A stretch of DNA of 64,000 nucleotides from Diplonema japonicum. Taxonomy: Eukaryota > Protista > Euglenozoa: Diplonemea. Positions 1 through 13,366 of the stretch are shown here, in pieces. The stretch spans positions 310,001 to 374,000 of the forward strand of contig OZ025676.1 of NCBI GenBank assembly GCA_964019335.1, in the 5' to 3' direction. Made by a program: the position numbers and the translations under genes. Positions within the stretch are counted from its first letter, which is position 1, and each line of letters begins with the position of its first letter. Under the pieces are notes generated by a model that was given only the letters and a program-made list of their open reading frames with translations, had not been told where the DNA came from and ran no database searches.

Positions 1-272
1 GAAAGGTAAATTATAGGATAAGACAGAATGAGATTTGAAAGGTTTTTTTTTTTGTTTTTGTTTTCCCCTTCTTTTTTTTCCCTCCCCTACTTTTTTTTTT
101 TCTTCTAATAGACAAAAGACAAAAAAAAAAAGGAATTCTTTTTTTTTCTTTTCTTTTCTTTTCTCCTTTTCTTCCTCATTTTTTAAAAACAATAATATTA
201 TCTTCTTTTTTTTTTTTGTTCAGTTCATTCCCACCCCTTTCATACTCAAATTAAGGAGACATTAAATGGGAG

Positions 273-309
<37 letters not shown>

Positions 310-368
310 GAACGTTGAAACAGATACTTTCAAAAAGACAGAGACCTTGCTTAACACAAGCAAGGTGC

Positions 369-1448
369 TCAGACCCTTACAGATGTAGTGATTGACTTAA
401 TCTCGCCCGGTCGCAACGAAGCAAGAGCACGCTCTGCCGAAGTACGGCGTCTGTGATGCTGACGAGGCACGACATCGGAAGAAGCAACGATCCCCGTGGG
501 CAAAGGATACGCCGGTATCTCGGTAAACGAAGGCCGCACCTCCCGGGGAGATCCAAAATAATGATCGGGAAAGGACCTGCGGACCTGATGGCTCGGGGTG
601 GCTTGCCTCGGGGTGATAATAGACTTTCTCGTTTGGGAAAATGGTTTTTTTCTACCAACACCAACAGTTGTCGTTGGAGCGGGCTGACGCAAGGAAGACG
701 GAGCTCGAAGGGAGCTTGGCATCGGGCCGCCAACACCACCACCTGATGGAAAAGGAGGCGGCGGGTAATTAGGCGCTGTCCCACCTGTGACAGATGTAGC
801 TGGAGGGAATCTATCGGAAACTTCACGAAAAGGTAAACCTTCAGGTGTTTCCGGCCCTGAAATCGACTGTTTTCGAACGTCTGTGTCAAACACAACACCC
901 CCTGGAAAGACAGCTATGTCGGCCACAAAGTGCGTAACACGTGATCCTCGAATCCGTTCCACGGCAAATTTCACGTCTTCGCCGCTGAACACGTCTTCAC
1001 CATTTACTCTGCGAAGCACCATTTCGGGCTTAAAACCAGCTCTTTCAAACGCCCCTCCTGGGGTTAGCCTGTCGATGTGCAGTAGGCCATCGTATCTTTG
1101 TGTGTAATGTAGTCCGAGGGGCTCGTCGGTTCGTGTTAATGTGACCTTGACTAGCTGGAGGAGCTCAGGGACCTCTAGTTCCAATGGGATCACAGTGGTG
1201 TTCTCCTGTATGCAGTACTGTTTGATCGCCATGTTCAGGTCGCCGTTCACGTCGAAGCCGTCGACAGATGTGAGGTACGAGTCTTCGGGCACCTCAGCCC
1301 TCCCCAGCGGGCCGTTTTTTGTTATGTTTGTCAAATGCAGGGCGTTGTCGTCGGCCGCCCGCTCGTAGCGACAGCCTAGTTGTTCATCGATGTCTCTGAG
1401 ATGTATTGTGACAACGCATGGGAGGTACGGGAACCCCGCGTCTTGCAT
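369..1448 (-). CDS. PDZ-like domain protein with Pro/Ser-rich C-terminus
   Basis: True start probably MQDAGF at 1448 (the upstream ORF extension is poly-K/F noise). Two PDZ-like units (QLGCRY...NITKNGPLGRA...LTSVDG; PLGLHY...RLTPGGAFERAG...LRRVNG). Confidence 0.6.
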   Translation of the reverse strand: MQDAGFPYLPCVVTIHLRDIDEQLGCRYERAADDNALHLTNITKNGPLGRAEVPEDSYLTSVDGFDVNGDLNMAIKQYCIQENTTVIPLELEVPELLQLVKVTLTRTDEPLGLHYTQRYDGLLHIDRLTPGGAFERAGFKPEMVLRRVNGEDVFSGEDVKFAVERIRGSRVTHFVADIAVFPGGVVFDTDVRKQSISGPETPEGLPFREVSDRFPPATSVTGGTAPNYPPPPFPSGGGVGGPMPSSLRAPSSLRQPAPTTTVGVGRKKPFSQTRKSIITPRQATPSHQVRRSFPDHYFGSPREVRPSFTEIPAYPLPTGIVASSDVVPRQHHRRRTSAERALASLRPGEIKSITTSVRV

Positions 1449-1728
1449 TTCCTTCCCTTTTTTTTGGTGTTCTTTTTTTTTATTATTACCTCCCCCTCCC
1501 CTCCCGCCTCCTCTGAATGAATATGACCATTTGAATTTGGTGTGTGAAAAAAAAAAAAAAAATAAGAGACGGCCGGTGTTTTGGTGGCGCCCGAAGAAAA
1601 AGGAAAGGGGGTGAGAAAATAAATGAGAATTTTTTCTTTTTTTTTTTGTACACACACTATTTTTTCCCTCCCTTTTTTGTTTTATAACACTTTTTTTTTT
1701 TCGTCTCAACACACTAGGGAGGAGTTTC

Positions 1729-2484
1729 CTAAAAAGACCTGGCGAGACTGGACGTGCTGAGTTGCTGCTGCATGGATGCTTCCTCGATCATCTCCTCAAC
1801 ACCGTAGAATGACACGTTGAGTCCACAACCGAAAGTCTGGGAAAGTGCGTCGACAGCATCTTCAGTGGAGGCAAAGGTCACGACTCCGTAAGACCCGCCA
1901 TACCTTTTCGTTTTGTCACTCGTGCGGTAGAGGCGGGCGGTGACGAAACCAGTGATCTCACACCACATTTTCTGGAAGTCAGCTTCCGTCATCCTCCGAA
2001 TGCCTCGCACGTCTGTGTCCCTGTCCACGTCCCGTACCAGCAGGCAACAGTCGTAGTGGGGGATGTCTTCCTCCGCTTCTTCTTCTTCCTCTTCAACATC
2101 TGGTATGTCCTCCTCTATGTACCCATAGCCCTTCCCACCCTTGCCACCAAACATCATGCCCATGCCCTTCCCGGCCCCTTTGAGCATCCCGTAGGATATT
2201 GGGACTTCGTCCTTTTCTGCGTCAGCTTTCACGTGGACATAGCTGCAGTCACCCCCAAACCTGCACCCGCCGTCTCGTTTGTAGTGGTGGCAGATGGTGC
2301 GCTTCAAGATCATGCCTGTGGGGATGAAAGAAAATAAAGAAAGAAATAAACGCATACCGTCTTCCTTCTCCTTGTTAATCATAGAGATGGCACCCTCTGT
2401 CCTGAGCACGCCGTCTGACTTGATGGAGTATTTTTTGTTTTCGGTCGAGTCAAAGGCAACCACCAGGTCGTCGGGGAATTCCTG

Positions 2485-2520
<36 letters not shown>

Positions 2521-3453
2521 TGAGTATACCTCTGACAACAAAGGAAGCGGTGGGGGTGACTTCCGCCGCCAGCGAAACCCGTCCTCCCTTCTCCGTGGGC
2601 TGCCCGCTCTGTCCCCTCGTTCACCCCGCTTGTCCCTGTCGTCCCTGAAGCCCCTCCGTTCGTCGTTTCTCCTGTCCCAATCCCTGTCCCCCCTATCGTC
2701 TCTCCTGTCTCTCCTGTCCCGGTCCCTGTCTCCCCTATCATCTCTTCTGTCTCTCCTGTCCCTATCCCTTTTGTCATCCCTGTCTCTTTTGTCATCCCTG
2801 TCCCTGTCTCTTTTGTCATCCCTATTCCTGTCTCTCTTGTCATCCCTGTCCCTATCCCGGCTTCGCCTCCGTTCCCGGCTCCTTTCGTTCCCTACCGCAG
2901 TTTGTTCACCCTTGCAAACAGTGACAGGCATGTCCTGGATGGTGAGGTACCGCTTTCCTCTGGAGGAGTTGAAGAAGTCGATGATGCGATGCTGCACGTC
3001 CGTGTTCTGAGGATTTTTTTTTTCTTCTTTTTTTTTTTTTTTTTCTCTTCAACATACCTCCACAACGGCCGTGTGTTGGTGCGAGTTTCCCTCCGACTTC
3101 ACGTTGAGTTCAATGGAAGACACGTGGCTCGACCACTGTTTCAAAAAATCTTCGATGCTTTCTTTTTCCATTTTACTGTTGCCTTCCGCGGTTATGTGGA
3201 CCGTTGGCTTTCCTCCCTTTTCTGGTTGGTCGCGTGCTCTTGCCTGCTCGTCTCGGCGTCGTCTCCTGTCCTTCTTGTCGGTAGTGCTGTTCAGCTCTTC
3301 AGATTTAGCCTTTTTATCTCTTGACTGGCTGCTTCGTCTCCTCCTCCTTCTTCTTCTGTCGTCGTCATTTTCCCCACTTCGCCGCCGCCTTCTCTTTCTC
3401 TCTTTGTCGCTTCTTCTGTCCTTTCGATCGCCACTTTCGTTAGCACTTGACAT
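1729..3453 (-). CDS. RNA-binding protein: RS/RD-rich regions, CCCH zinc finger and RRM; 3 introns (3007-3057, 2482-2529, 2316-2357)
   Basis: Splicing 3007-3057 (GTATG...CAG) joins ORFs 3049..3480 and 1729..2997 in frame. C-x8-C-x5-C-x3-H motif (CHHYKRDGGCRFGGDCSYVH), RNP1-like SYGVVTF, RD dipeptide repeats. Confidence 0.75.
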
Positions 3454-4110
3454 TTTCTTTCCCTCTTCTCCTCCAACCACCTTTTTGTTGTTGTTTGTTT
3501 TGTTTTGTTTTCTTTTTCGTATGCAAATAGAAAAGAGAAAAAAAAAATTGAGTCAATAAGTCCCACGTGGATTGGATCGAAAAAGTAGAATAAAAAAAAT
3601 GCAAGGAAAAAAAAAAGGGGGGAGGAAGCTGAGAGATTGCGTCTGAGAAAAAGGAGGGCAAGACTTGGCCCCGCCCTCCCCCCCTCACTTTCACGACAAT
3701 GGTTTTATTCATTACAATCCCCCCCCCTCCCAAACAATGCGTAATTTAAAGCAGAAAGAGAATACAATAAAAATCGACACACATATAATATTTTAAAAAA
3801 AGGGGGGGGGGGGGGAGCGCTAACAGAGCGCCCTTTATTCTTTCTTTTTTTCTTTTCTTTTTCTTTTTTTTCTTCTCTTACTTACGATTCTAAGAGATTC
3901 ACTTTGTTCCCCCCCATTTCAAAAAAAAAAAAATTGAAATGGGGGAAGGGGCAGAGAGATGGAAAGGGGAAATATAGAAAACCGAGAAATTATATTCGTA
4001 TCAACAGTGTTTTTTGGGGAAAAAAAAAAGAATTTTTTTTTTTCCCGTGTTGTTTGTTAGGTCGAAAAAATTTCCCCGAACATCAGAATAACCATAACTA
4101 ATAAAATGGC

Positions 4111-4145
<35 letters not shown>

Positions 4146-5837
4146 GGACAAATAGGCTCCGTGCCATGTATAGAAATTAATTAGAACCTTTCTTTTTCCC
4201 ATCTTGCTGTTGAGAAAACATTTCCAAAACATATTGGCGGGGGGCTTTTTTTTTTTTTTTTTTTTTTTTTTTTGTATCTTCCAACATTAGAGAGTTCTTT
4301 CCTTGTGTGAAAGAAATCTTTTTTTTTTTTAAGTGAGAAAAATTTTGTTGTTCTGTTGGCATGCTCATACATGAATGGGCGCAAGGAAGAGGAGGGCAGG
4401 GAAAGCTTTTCTTTGCACAAACTGTAAAAGAAAGAATAAACATTTTGGCATGTTACTCCTCGACCCTCCATTTTTTTTTTTTTAATTTTCAATATGCCCT
4501 TCTTTTTCCTCCTCATTCCCCTTGCTTGTGTTTGTTATGTATGATGCATTGTTTCTAAGGGGAGGGGAGGGACGGGTGCCCCCCCCCCCAAAAAAAAAGA
4601 AGCTTGTGTTATAGGGAAGTAGCATGGCCCGCAGTTGGGCGACCGCGATTTAAGTTGCGTAACCTAGATGGCAAACAAAAAAAAAAAAAAAAAAAAAAAA
4701 CCTTTCTCTCCCAGAAGATCCCTGATTATATTTTTACTTTTTTTCTTCTTTTTTCTTCCTCCAAGACCTCCACGCAATAAAGAGGGGCGAAACAAAAAGG
4801 AGAAAGAGAAAAAAAGAAAAAAAAAAAAAAGGGCGAATTAGGGAAAGGGGGTTCGGGGGGGGAGAGAAAGAATGAAATTCACTATGGAAATTGTAATAAC
4901 AGCACGCGACCCGCCCTGCAAAAACCATATTTTTTTCTCTTTTTTTTTTCTTTTTTTTCTCCCAGCTTTTTGATTCATACACAATTGCTAGATCAAGGCA
5001 ATGGTCCTTTTTTTTTTTTTTTTTTTTTTTTTGAAACTGGGAAAACGGAAAAAAAATTAGGCTTACTGTGTAAACGACTTGTCATCGTCTGAGCAAAGTG
5101 ATTGTTTTATCGCCCCATTTTCTTCCACAGGTTTTTCCGACTAGACGAGTCGCCAGCACAGTATCCTTGGGGGTGGAGGGAGGGGAGAAGAAGAGAGGGC
5201 AATTTTTTTTTTCTTCACCCCGCTCTTTTGAAACGAAAATCGGAACGAATTTAGAGAAGGGGGGGGGGGAATAAAATGGCAGAACTTTAATGTTTTCATT
5301 CTGATGTGATAAAAAACGAGATGGGGGGAAAATGGGGAGAGTGGGGCTTTTTTTTTTTTTTTTTTTTTTTTTGTTACAACACAAAAAATCACGATGATGC
5401 AACGATACCAAAACAAAAGGGGAGGTGGTGTAAAATCGTTTTTGCCTGTTTGAACGCTACCCAGCGTCCCTTAACGGGGTGTACTAATGAATAATAAACT
5501 TTGAGTTTCCAATCCTGATAATGTTCTACCGCTGGGAGGAAAAAAATCTTCTTTTTTTTTTTTGCCCCCCCAAAATAAGCGGTTTAACATATCAAAACAG
5601 CCAACGACTGAATCGTTCTACCCCCTAAAAAAAAAGTCAACTGACATTCCTTTTTTTTTTTTTTTCTGTTCCTTCCCTTTTTTTTTTTTCAATTTTCTTG
5701 TTTCCTGAGAGAGAGAAAAAAAAACACAAAAACCGACAAATAAAAGGGGGAAGGGGGGGTTCTTTTTTTTTTTTTTAGTGATACTTAAATTATACTTTAA
5801 AAAAAAAAAAATTGCCTGACCGAAAGTCATGGCAAAT

Positions 5838-6857
5838 TCAAACGGAACTCCTCCTCGGTTTAGCAAGCAAAAACCACGAGGGAGCCGTCCCCTGCTTGGT
5901 GACAGAGGCTGTGGGGATGGGGGACTTAGAAAGACCTGTTGGAAAGTACGCTCTGTGCTGGAAAGAAGGCAATCCCTCTGTGGGGTCACGAACAGGTGCC
6001 GAGAGAGGCTTTACCGTTCCAGCGATGGATATGCGCAAATCCATACCAGGGTGTGAAGATTCAAAGTGAGCATTGGCCGAATTCTCGGTGGGGAGGCCCA
6101 TCCCGCATTCAGGGCAAGACATGGCAAGGGCAACGAGCTCTGTGTCAAGCTCTCGCAGATACCCTCCTTTAGAAAGCCGGACCCAACCCTTAGGAACGCT
6201 TTTTCCGTACCCGGGCAGCACCAAAGAGAGTATATCACCATGTGACACATGGTACTTTATATGTGAGGCAGGCGTCGGTTCGTCCCTTACGATCCTTCCT
6301 GATTCATTGTCTTTAAGGTTCAGTTGGTAGAAGGCAGTACGTTGTTCGGTTTTTTCCGGGGCTTTGAAAACGGGTGCGGTGGGTTTTTTAAGGTTGGGGA
6401 GGGAACTTTCCGGGAGATCACCCATGCGGCGCCCGGGAGGGGGGAGAGGGGTTTCCTCGTTTTCTTCATGAAGCCGCTTCCAAGCAAGGTTGTCCGCAAG
6501 AATGGGGAACTGGCCGTGTTCTTCCGTTCCGATAACCACAGCCTTCAAGCCGTAGTGGATGCCGAGGGAGGTGTCGGTCTTGTGGAGGGTTGCTACGTTC
6601 GCGTAGCCAAGGACCGTCCCGTGTGTCCCCTCCAAACCTTCGATGTGTGAAACCATGACTTTTGTGCCTTTTCCCGGCATTGCGGGCTTCCATGTTATGC
6701 TGTCCGGCATGATGTTTTTGATTATTTCGCCGTCGGCTGCTAGGATGTCCAACATACCGCCGCCCTTTCCCCACACCATTCCTGTTCGGCCCTGTCCAAC
6801 ACCGCCTCTGAAGGTAACCATTGTGCCAATAGGTGGCGATCGGGCGAATACTGCTGT

Positions 6858-6860
<3 letters not shown>
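5838..6860 (-). CDS. Hypothetical protein with C2H2-type zinc finger
   Basis: 340-aa ORF of normal composition; CPECGMGLPTENSANAHFESSH motif. Confidence 0.6.
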
Positions 6861-6895
<35 letters not shown>

Positions 6896-6902
6896 ACTTC
6901 GT

Positions 6903-6942
<40 letters not shown>

Positions 6943-7107
6943 TGATTGCCACCAAATTTGCCTCAAAAAAAAAAACTAAAAAAAAAATTTTTTTTTGAAT
7001 TTTTTTTTGTCGGATTAACGGGAAAAAAAAAAATAAGAAAAAAAAAAAAAAAAACACTGTTTCCCACTTTTGTTTTGTTGTTGTTTAGCAAAAGTACCAT
7101 GTATCAT

Positions 7108-7140
<33 letters not shown>

Positions 7141-7672
7141 CTCCTTTTTTTCTTCTTCTTCTTTTTTTTTCTTCTCTTTTCTCTTCAGGGTTTGTTCCGT
7201 GTGCACAAACAGATGCTAAAGAATTCTAGGGGGCCGTGTTTTCCTGAGCATCATAAGGCGTATCATAAGGGTTGCCATTGCATGCATTTACTTTACTTTC
7301 AGAAAAATGCTGCTTTTTTTTTAAAAATCTTAGTCGAGGAAGAAGGGAAAAAGAAGGTTTACAGGGGTAGAATAGAAACAGGAATGGAAGAAGAAGAAAA
7401 AAAAAGAAAGGGAGGGGGAAATTAGAGAGAAGGGGGGGAGGATAGAGGTGAGAGGGGAACTTTTTTTTTTTATCTTCACGAGTCTCTTTTTTTTTTTGCC
7501 CTCCCCTCTTTTTTTTTTTGCTTCCCCCCTATACATTTTTTCCCTCCTTTTTTACTACCTTATAAAAAAAAAAAAAAACACTTTTTCATTTTCCTTGTCT
7601 CGGTTTTTTGATTAAAAAGCATTTTTTTTTCTTTTTTTTTTTTTTTTTTTTTTTCACCCGAGTGTTTCCTAA

Positions 7673-8434
7673 CTACTTTTCGTATTCTTTAACATTCGAC
7701 TTACCAGAATAGCGCTTCTTCCCAACATTGAATGGAATGTACCTGTGGGTTTTTTTTTTTTTTTTTTTTTTTTTTTCCCCGCCTGAACCCATACTTATGA
7801 CTCCACATGTGCATTATCTGTTTCTTAGCAGTAAGTACAAATAGAAGGATGAAATAGACCAAAAGAATCGGCCAGTACACAGGAATGTCGAAGAAAGGTA
7901 TTAACGTTAATATCAACGAAATCAAAATAGCCTTGATGGCGTTCAGCCAAACTTTAAACTCGGGCATCTTTCTGACAAAGGGCTTGTACTCATCACCAGC
8001 GAGGCTAGGGAGCCCTTGATCATCGTCGTCCTAAGGGGGAAAAAAAATTTTTTTTTTCCCCTTCTTTTTCATCCGCATCTCTTTACCTCTGATTCAGGGT
8101 CCACCAAAGGCTGTACAAACAGCACCAATAATTTCAACAAGTAGATCCCTAGGGCGTAAGCAACTACGTAGAACCCCTGTTTTTTTTTTTTTTTTTTTTT
8201 CTTTTTTTTTTTTATTTGCTGCTTTACCTGGACATAGTAAACCCGGAGACAAAATTGAAGAGCGAAAAACAGAAGTGCGAAATAACGTGTTAGCACAAAG
8301 GGGACCTTTATGTTTTTTTTTTTTTTTTTTTTTTTCAATAAATAAATTTTTTTTTCCCATACCGATTTATCCAACAGTCTTTGTATCGTAGCTTGCAAGT
8401 TCTGCTGTGAAGGTGGTGGAGATGCCTCGTCCAT
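7673..8434 (-). CDS. RER1: Rer1 ER-retrieval receptor; 4 introns (8306-8362, 8177-8227, 8031-8086, 7743-7794)
   Basis: Spliced product contains GFYVVAYALGIYLL, DEYKPFVRKMPEFKVW, FDIPVYWPILLVYF and HKYIPFNVGKK, all Rer1 signatures. Confidence 0.92.
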
Positions 8435-9425
8435 TATTTCGTTTCCCCCCACTCCCCTTCTATTCTTTTTTTTACCCCCTCCTGGGTTTTTTTTTTTTTT
8501 TTTTTTTTTTTGTAACATAAAAACAAAAAGAGAAAAAAAAAGGAGAGGAAAAGAGATTTCTTTTTTAAAAAAAAAAATAAAATAAAAAACGGGCCAACGT
8601 TTTAACTGGGTGAATGTCAAATAGGGGCACATACTTAGCACTGGATTGAACTAGAGAACATTTCACTTTCTGGGCCCTTTCCAGGGGTGACACATAGTAT
8701 CCCCTTAACCGTGGCAATACGTAAGGGCGCGAAAAGGTATCAAGGCCATCCAGCGTCTAGTTTTGTACCCTTATTCTTGAAGCTTCTCCAATATCTAGGG
8801 AGGGGAGAGGGGGGGGTGAGAAACTCTATTGAAAGGTGTGATGCTTTCTTTTTTTTTTTCTTTTTCTCCCCTTTCCTCCCGCTTGAAATATCGAGCCCTT
8901 CCCCTTTTCCATTTTTTTTTCCCTCTCCCCTATTTCCTCTTTAATTTTTTTTGTTGTTTGTCAACGAGGTAAACCATGGCGTGATGGCAGAGGGGAAAAA
9001 GAAAAAAAAAAAAAATATGGTAAAAACTCTTCCGCAGCTTCGAAGAATAGAACTTTAGTATTAATACAACACAAAAAGAAAAAGAAAAAGAAGGGGAAAA
9101 CAAAAAAAAAACGATGAAAATGGATGGGAGCAACGGACGCGGGATAAAATGGTATAAAAAAAAAGGTCGATGTCACAAAAAAAATCTTGTGCAGGAGTCT
9201 CAGACCCCCAGAAGAAGGGGAGGAGGTGCTAGGTTTAGACTCCTTCAGGTGCTGTCCTCTTCAGGCAGAGGCACCCTTCAACAGCTAAAAAAAAAAAAAA
9301 AAAGAAAAAAAAAAGAACAGAACACATAAAAAAAAATAAAAAAAAAGCACACGCATCTAATTTTGTTCAAAAAAAATAATAATGTTCCCACCGCACTTAT
9401 CACCGTAAACAATAAAAATACGTAA

Positions 9426-9470
<45 letters not shown>

Positions 9471-9549
9471 TGTGTAGCATTTCTTTTTTTTGTGTAGCTT
9501 TCAACCCCCCCCCCCCCCCCCCTCTCCCTTGCTTTTTTTTTAAAAAAAT

Positions 9550-10242
9550 TTAATGCTGCGCATTTTGCCACATCTCCTCCGCGTCCTGGTAGTGCTCATG
9601 GTTTGAATGGAAGGATTCCTCCGCTTCGGCACGGCTTCGCCACAACCGCCACTCGGCAGGCCACAGCAAAGGGAACATTCCTAAAATACAACCAATAGTC
9701 ACACCAACACCTGTTCCAATGTATTTGTAGATGAGGACAGTCGGTAGGCGTAGCTGTCTCGCTGTCATGCCATGTCCTCTGAAACCCATATTTCGTGTGG
9801 CTGCCTCGATGGGGGCTGCAGTAGCAACACCAGCAACGTCAGAAACAATGTTGCCCAAGCCAGCTGCAAAGAGGGTTGTGAGCCCTAGGCCTACACACAA
9901 TGTGGTGTCTATGTAATCCCCTGCAACGATCATTACTGCGTTATCCATGAAGCCAAATCCTACCATAGGAATGCCTGAGAGTAGCGCGAGTCTCCATTTT
10001 TGTTTCAGTTTTGGGGGGGGGATCTCTTCTTTCTTCATTTGTTTTTTCTTCTTCCCCCACAGCCGGATGATCTCCTGCCTCGTTCCGGGGGTGAACTCGC
10101 TCACCAGCGTCCGGGCCGTCTCGGGGTCCTCGTGCATCTCCTCGATCATCGCCATCACCCTCTCCTTTTCTTTCTCGTTGCCCTTGTCCTCCGATTTCCA
10201 TCGCACCCGCCTTGAGAAGCTCCCTGCAATTGCCCGACGCAT
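9550..10242 (-). CDS. TMEM65: TMEM65-family mitochondrial membrane protein
   Basis: IPMVGFGFMDNAVMIVAGDYID...AAGLGNIVSDVAG...GVTIGCILGMFPL; Arg-rich N-terminal presequence. Confidence 0.85.
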   Translation of the reverse strand: MRRAIAGSFSRRVRWKSEDKGNEKEKERVMAMIEEMHEDPETARTLVSEFTPGTRQEIIRLWGKKKKQMKKEEIPPPKLKQKWRLALLSGIPMVGFGFMDNAVMIVAGDYIDTTLCVGLGLTTLFAAGLGNIVSDVAGVATAAPIEAATRNMGFRGHGMTARQLRLPTVLIYKYIGTGVGVTIGCILGMFPLLWPAEWRLWRSRAEAEESFHSNHEHYQDAEEMWQNAQH

Positions 10243-11043
10243 TTGTTGCCTCCCCTCCACCCCCCCCCCCCCCGCCCTCTTTGGGTGTGTTATGTTACGA
10301 TATTATCGAAAGGGATTCAAAAAAGATATTTTTTTTTTCATTTGGAAAGTGAGGAAAGGAAGACCAACACAGAAGTGCGGTTTTTTTTTTAAAATAAATT
10401 GGGGGGGAGGTAGGAAAATATATAAAAAAAAGGAGGAAAAAAAAAAAACAAAACAAAAAAAGAAAAGGAAAAAGAGTCGATTTCTTAGCATTTTGTTTGT
10501 GCACGGTATAAATCCTGAGTTATTAAGTCACTCTTTTTTTTTTTTGCCCTTGTACTTTGCAAAAAATGTATAGAACGGGGGGGGGGGGGGGGGGGGTTCA
10601 TATTAGGTGGAAACACAGCTGTTCTCTCTCTTGTTTTTTTTCCCCCCTTTTTCTTTTTCCAACCTCCGTTATTAAGCAGCCTGTGTCTTTGGTGTTTGGA
10701 CGATCTTGCGGATTAGTTTTTTCCCCCCCCTCCCCTATCTCTCTCGAAGCATCAAAGGCAAAACAACGGGGGAAAAAAAATTAAACTAGCTAACGTATGC
10801 CTTGATAGCCAATCAGAGGAGGGGGGGGTAAAAAAACCAAAGAGACAGTGAGAAAAAAAAAACATATATATCGCGGAAGAAAAAAAAAAAAGTATCTGTT
10901 TTCAGCAACAAAAAAAAAAAAAAAAAGAAAAGAAAAACAAAATATATAAGAGAGATAAAGGAGGCCAGCCTTGGTGGCGCCCTGCACAAACACTGTACTT
11001 CATTACAGAGGGTAAACAGGTCAACACGCCTCTTTTCCCAGAA

Positions 11044-11799
11044 TCACACATCGGCACAACAATGCGACAGACATGCTGCAGGGCCCATGGGGTGCTCACG
11101 AAGGCCGGAAACATCCGATTGCGCGTTAACACCACCACCACCACCACCTCCACCACCACCACCACTGGTAACGACTTCACCACCAGTCCTTCTTCCCGTC
11201 TCAGCAGTCGACATGATCTCTGCGCCTCCTGATGCCATGGAAGCACTGCACCATGGGTGTGCATCTACATTGCTTGCAGCAAAGACCCCCAGGTACTTCG
11301 TGTAGACAGTGCTGACTGGGGTTTGTATGGTTCCCGGCCCTGTCTGGACTTGCCGGAGTATGGCGGTCGGATTGGTAGTCTTGACCGCACCGTCCTCATT
11401 GGGGGGCGTGATGCGGAGGGTTGGCTTGCAGTTCCTAGTCTCCCAACCGTCGGTGTCTGCGAAGTTTGACCACCCGCCCCCTGTCGGGGTGGAGCAGGGC
11501 GGGCAGTGGTAAAAGACCAAGTACCACGTGCACCCTTCATCACACGTGCATGTCAGTTCGAAGTACGTCCCTTCGAACATAGGCTGTGTGGGTTGGTAGT
11601 AGTACGTCCCGGATGACTTCAGATAGTCTGGGATGTCGGCCAGCTCCGCATCACTCCCAACACCCATGTACAGGCCCGTGGCTGTGACTGCCTGTTGCAC
11701 CATCGGCCACATCCCCCCTGACTTGGACCACTGTGTCACTTCCGGTGTGTAACATGGTGCGATCCCCATGCTCGCCAACGTCAGGACTTGCAATAACAT
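11044..11799 (-). CDS. Putative secreted Cys-rich protein
   Basis: Hydrophobic N-terminus MLLQVLTLASMG; multiple Cys (CTCDEGC, HCPPC); poly-Gly near the C-terminus. Confidence 0.6.
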   Translation of the reverse strand: MLLQVLTLASMGIAPCYTPEVTQWSKSGGMWPMVQQAVTATGLYMGVGSDAELADIPDYLKSSGTYYYQPTQPMFEGTYFELTCTCDEGCTWYLVFYHCPPCSTPTGGGWSNFADTDGWETRNCKPTLRITPPNEDGAVKTTNPTAILRQVQTGPGTIQTPVSTVYTKYLGVFAASNVDAHPWCSASMASGGAEIMSTAETGRRTGGEVVTSGGGGGGGGGGGVNAQSDVSGLREHPMGPAACLSHCCADV

Positions 11800-12356
11800 G
11801 GTAACTCTTTTTCTTTTTTTTCTTTTTTTACACCTGTTTTTTTTTGGGGGGGGGCGTGGTCTTATTTCTCTTTTCGAGGCCTTTCTGTTGGTGTTTGACA
11901 GTGGCGGGGGGGGGGGGGAAGACCCCCCAACAGTAAGATTCCCTTTAATAAACTCGAAGCGAAATAATAAAAAGGGGGGAGGGGGGGTGTTGCAGACAAA
12001 GAAAAGAAAGCAATCTCTATTAAAAAGAGAAAGATTTGTTTTTTGCAAAAAAAAAATAACGGGGAAGGAGGGGGGGGGGGGGGGTATATATATATATTTT
12101 ATTGTTACTGCAAAAACATAAAAAAAACTGACGAACAAAATTGCTAACTCGCGAAAGGCGGAAAAAGCAGGGGGGGTCTTGTCGAGGGGTGGCTGCCCTG
12201 ACGATTCGGTCCGGCGACCGAACGGCAAAACTTTTTTTTCTTTCGGCCGAAATGGTTCGTGAAACCCTAAGGGCTACTGACTCCCCTCCCCCGTTCGTCA
12301 ATTTTCTTTTTTTTTGTTTCGCTGTACTTTTTAATTTTAAATGTATCCAACTGCCC

Positions 12357-13213
12357 CTATCTTAGGGGCCCCAATCGTAACCAAAACACGGCAACCCACT
12401 TTGTGGAGTTGTTTTTCGGCGGGAGCGCTTCATGCATCTTTTTTTTTTTTTTTTTTTTTTTGTTTACATGTTTCTTCCCCACCAACAAACCGAAGTATGG
12501 TCTTCCTTCCGATCAGGGTCCAACGAGTAAAACAGAATCGCGCTATTTTTCTTCGGGGCAACCATCAGAGGCGGTACGCTGTTGAACCTGGTTTCCCCTC
12601 CAGAAGGAACGTCGTTAAGCCAAGTGATTAACGTGGCGAGCCGCTGCCCGGCCTTGCCCAGAGAAGCCTTTTTCTTACCCGAGAAAAAATCGGGGTGCAT
12701 TCTGTATTTTTGGCCGTCCGAGTATCGCAACACCTGAGTGTTCTCAATATGGTTGTAAGGGACATAGGCGAGCTGAGCAACTCGTTTTCTGACGTTCTTG
12801 AGAATTTCGTTGCCAGTGTTTTGTAGAAAGACACCCTCTGATGTCCTTACATCATCCACTTTGCCGCCACCGTTTTTTGAGGACACAACTCTGCTTCTTG
12901 TTAGCTTCCCGTCTGCTAGTTTCATTATGGTTTCTGCTTCGCCTTCTTGCAAAAAATCGTCGATTTTCACGGCCCTCGGCTTTGTTCGGCTTACTACCTT
13001 CCATTTGCACCCGTGGCTTGTCACCCCCTCTGTGCCGTTGCTGCCGAGCCAATTGATTCCGATGTGCGACAGCATGTTGGCCTCCTCCACCGCCGCCTTC
13101 GGGTCAACAGGCTTTTTGTGCATTTCCTTCGTCAAAATATTCACCCAAACCAGCCCTACCAACCATAGGAACGCTAGCAACGGCTTATTTACTTTGTTGT
13201 TGTTATTGGGCAT
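12357..13213 (-). CDS. Prolyl 4-hydroxylase alpha-like 2OG-Fe(II) dioxygenase, type II membrane anchor; intron 12438-12490
   Basis: QVLRY..GQKYRMHPDF (HxD), RLATLITWLNDV..GGET.F; the spliced last exon supplies the distal His and KW motif (SMHEALPP...KWVAVFW). Confidence 0.88.
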
Positions 13214-13309
13214 TTTTTTTTTCTCTTTTCGTTTACAACAGCATTTTTTTTTTTTTTTTTTTTTTTTTGGAATTTTTTTTCTTATTGATATCTTTACCGG
13301 GTCGACTTT

Positions 13310-13342
<33 letters not shown>

Positions 13343-13366
13343 TACAGAGGTGGGGGGAGGGTGACC